From assembly GCA_030390025.1 (NCBI GenBank), contig JASTWF010000034.1, positions 4,960,001 to 5,024,000 of the forward strand: a stretch of DNA of 64,000 bases. Reading direction: 5' to 3'. Both the position numbers and the translations under genes were made by a program. Below are positions 60,897 through 64,000 of the stretch, piece by piece; positions within the stretch are counted from its first letter, which is position 1; every line of letters starts with the position of its first letter. Source of the DNA: Squalus acanthias (taxonomy: Eukaryota). A model generated the notes under the pieces. That model had not been told where the DNA came from, did no database searches, and worked only from the letters and a program-made list of their open reading frames with translations.

Positions 60897-63800
60897 ACTC
60901 GGGTGTTTGACCAGTCACCGGGGTGTGTACGATCATGGACTCGGGCGTTTCATCAGTCCCCAGTGTGTGTCCGATCATGGACTCGGGTGTTTGACCAGTT
61001 CCCGGTGTGTCCGAACATGTACTCGGGTGTTTGACCAGTCCCCGGGGTGTGTACGATCATGGATTCGGGCGTTTGACCAGTCCCCGGAGTGTGTCTGATC
61101 ATGGACTCGGGCGTTTGACCAGTCCCCAGGGTTTGTCGGATCATGGACTCGGGCGTTTGACCAGTCCCCAGGGTGTGTCCGATCATGGCCTCGGGCGTTT
61201 GACCAGTCCCCAGGGTTTGTCGGATCATGGACTCGGGCATTTGACCAGTCCCCGGGGTGTGTCTGATCATGGACTCAGGCATTTGACCAGTCCCCGGGGT
61301 GTGTCTGATCATGGACTCGGGCGTTTGACCAGTCCCCGGAGTGTGTCTGATCATGGACTCGGGCGTTTGACCAGTCCCCGGAGTGTGTCTGATTATGGAC
61401 TGGGGCGGTTGACCAGTCCACGGGGTGTGTATGATCATGGATGCGGGGATTTGACCAGTCCCCGCGGGTGTGTCGGATCATGGACACGATCGTTTGTCCA
61501 GTCCCCGGGTCTGTGTCCGATCATAGCCTCCGGCGTTTGACCAGTCCGCGCGGTGTGTCCGATCATGGACTCGGGCGTTTGACTAGTCCCCAGGGTTTGT
61601 CGGATCATGGACTCGGGCGTTTGACCAGGCCCCAGGGTGTGTCCGATCATGACCTCGGGCGTTTGACCGGTCCCCAGGGTTTGTCGGATCATGGACTCGG
61701 GCGTTTGCCCAGTCCCCGGGTCTGTGTCTGATCATGGACTCAGGCATTTGACCAGTCCCCGGGGTGTGTCTGATCATGGACTCGGGCGTTTGACCAGTCC
61801 CCGGAGTGTGTCTGATTATGGACTTGGGCATTTGTCCAGTCACCGGGATGTGTCCGATCATGGACTCGGGCGTTTGACCAGTCCCCGGCGTGTGTCCGAT
61901 CAGGGACTCGGGCGTTTGACCAGTCCCCGGGGTGTGTCCGATCATGGACTCGAGCGTTTGGACATTCCCCGGGGCTGTGTCCGATCATGGACTCGGGCGT
62001 TTGACCAGTCCCCGGCGTGTGTCCGATCATGGACGCAGGCGTTTGGCCAGTCCCCGGGTCTATGTCCGATCATGGCCTCCGACATTTGACCGGTCCGCGG
62101 GGTGTGTCCGATCATGGACTTGAGCGTTTGACCAGTCCCAGGGGTGTGTCTGATCATGGACTCGGGCGTTTTACCAGTCCCAGGTGTGTGTCTGACCATG
62201 GACTCGGGCCTTTGACCAGTTTCCGGGGTGTGTCCGATCATGGACTCGGGCGTTTGACCAGTCACCGGGGCTGTCTCCGATCATGGACTCGGGCGTTTGA
62301 CCAGTCGCAGGTGTGTGTCTGATCATGGACTCGGGCGTTTGATCAGTCCCCTGGTTGTGTCCGATCATGGACTCGGGTGTTTGACCTGTCCCCGGAGTGT
62401 GTCCAATCATGGACTCGGGCGTTTGACCAGTACCCGGGTTGTGTCTGATCATGGACTCGGGCGTTTGACCAGTCCCCGGTGTATCCGAACAGGGACTCGG
62501 GCGTTTCACCAGTCCCCGGGGTGTGTACGATCATGGACTCGGGTGTTTGACCAGTCCCCGTGGTGTGTCCGATCATGGACTCGGGCGTTTGACCAGTCCC
62601 CGGGGTGTGTCCGATCATGGACTCGGGCGTTTGACCAGTCTTCGGGGTGTGTGCGATCATGGACTCGGGCGTTTGACCAGTCTTCGGGCTGTGTACGATC
62701 ATGGACTCGTGTGTTTGACCAGTCCCCGGGGTGTGTCCGATCATGGACTCGGGCGTTTGACCAGTCTTCGGGGTGTGTGCGATCATGGACTCGGGCGTTT
62801 GACCAGTCCCCGGGGTGTGTGCGATCATGGACTCGGGCGGTTGACCAGTCCAAGGGGTGTGTCCGATCATGGACTCGGGCGTTTGACCAGTTCCCGGGGT
62901 GTCCGAACATATACTCGGGTGTTTGACCAGTCCCCGGGGTGTGTACGATCATGGACTCGGGCGTTTGACCAGTCCCCGAAGTGTGTCTGATCATGGACTC
63001 GGGCATTTGACCAGTCCCCGGTGTGTCCGCACATATACTCGGGTGTTTGACCAGTCCACGGGGTTTTTACGATTATGGACTCGGGCGTTTGACCAGTCCA
63101 CGGGGTGTGTCTGATCATGGACTCGGGCATTTGGCCAGTCCCCGGGGTGTGTCCGATCATGGACTCGGCTGTTTAACCAGTCCCTGGGGTGTGTACGATC
63201 ATGGACTCGGACGTTTGGCCAGTCCCCGGCGTGTGTCCGATCATGGACTCAGGTGTTTGACCAGTCCCCGGGGTGTGTCCGATCATGGACTGGGGCGGTT
63301 GACCAGTCCACGGGGTGTGTACGATCATGGATGCGGGGATTTGACCAGTCCCCGCGGGTGTGTCGGATCATGGACACGATCGTTTGTCCAGTCCCCACGG
63401 GTGTGACGGATCATGGACTCGGGCGTTTGACCAGTCCCCGGGGTGTGACGGATCATGCACTCGGGCATTTGGCCAGTCCCCGGGTCTGTTTCCGATCATG
63501 GCCTCCGGCGTTTGACCAGTCCGCGGGATGTGTCCAATCATGGACTCGGGCGGTTGACCAGTCCCCGGGGTGGTGTGTCTGATCATGGACTCGTGCGTTT
63601 GACCAGTCCCCAGGGTGTGTCCGATCATGGACTTGGGCATTTGACCAGTCCTCGGGGTGTGTCCGATCATGGACTCGGGCGTTTGTCCAGTCCCCAGGGT
63701 TTGTCGGATCATGGTCTCGGGCGTTTGTCCAGTCCCCAGGGTGTGTCCGATCATGGCCTCGGGCGTTTGACCAGTCCCCAGGGTTTGTCGGATCATGGAC

Positions 63801-64000
63801 TCGGGCGTTTGCCCAGTCCCCGGGGCTGTGTCTGATCATGGACTCAGGCATTTGACCAGTCCCCGGGTTGTTTCTGATCATGGACACGGGCGTTTGACCA
63901 GTCCCCGGTGTGTGTCCAATGATGGACTCGGGCGTTTGACCAGTCCCCGGGGTGTGTCCGATCATGGGCTGGGGCGTTTGACCAGTCTTCGGGGTGTGTG
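60897..64000 (+). repeat. 42-bp satellite array, segment 4 (runs off the right edge)
   Basis: Same monomer. Matches 52830-55933 at offset 8067. Confidence 0.98.

Larger units (their letters stand above)
49611..64000 (+). repeat. 8067-bp tandem duplication unit (satellite + CR1): 49611-57677 and 57678 onward
   Basis: Constant offset 8067 from TTTGACCAGTCCCCGGGGATGTG (49611/57678) to the window end (55933/64000). Confidence 0.92.

Noticed and set aside
1..64000. CRISPR array or a bacterial RT system (retron, DGR, group II intron) paired with repeats
   Set aside because: There are no unique spacers and no cas genes. The RT is a vertebrate-type CR1 ORF2 with an APE domain and microsatellite tail.

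Overview
Eukaryotic, gene-free satellite DNA. About 55 kb (roughly 1,300 monomers) is a single-orientation, head-to-tail array of a GC-rich 42-bp monomer, consensus GATCATGGACTCGGGCGTTTGACCAGTCCCCGGGGTGTGTCC (27/42 GC, 4 CpG). The array is interrupted three times by the same 3,022-bp, 5'-truncated CR1-clade LINE (35411-38432, 49808-52829, 57875-60896). Each copy has an uninterrupted APE-endonuclease/reverse-transcriptase ORF2, a 3' stem-loop and a (TTTCTATG)3 tail; the 3' end resembles cartilaginous-fish CR1/HER1-type LINEs (from recall, not a search). The copies share both junctions and their flanks, so they are best read as one insertion amplified with the satellite in 14.4-kb and 8.07-kb duplications; empty homologous sites remain. 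The array is layered: the left domain (to ~20.5 kb) has 2.2-2.6-kb higher-order repeats marked by a diverged ~318-bp island, and the right domain has ~2.2-kb and ~3-kb higher-order repeats plus the LINE. Several consensus-like, indel-rich tracts may be assembly artefacts. The hundreds of short ORFs come from the 14-codon monomer and are not genes. I found no convincing evidence of a wholly new biological system; the best candidate is the satellite-CR1 composite macro-repeat carrying intact ORF2 copies.
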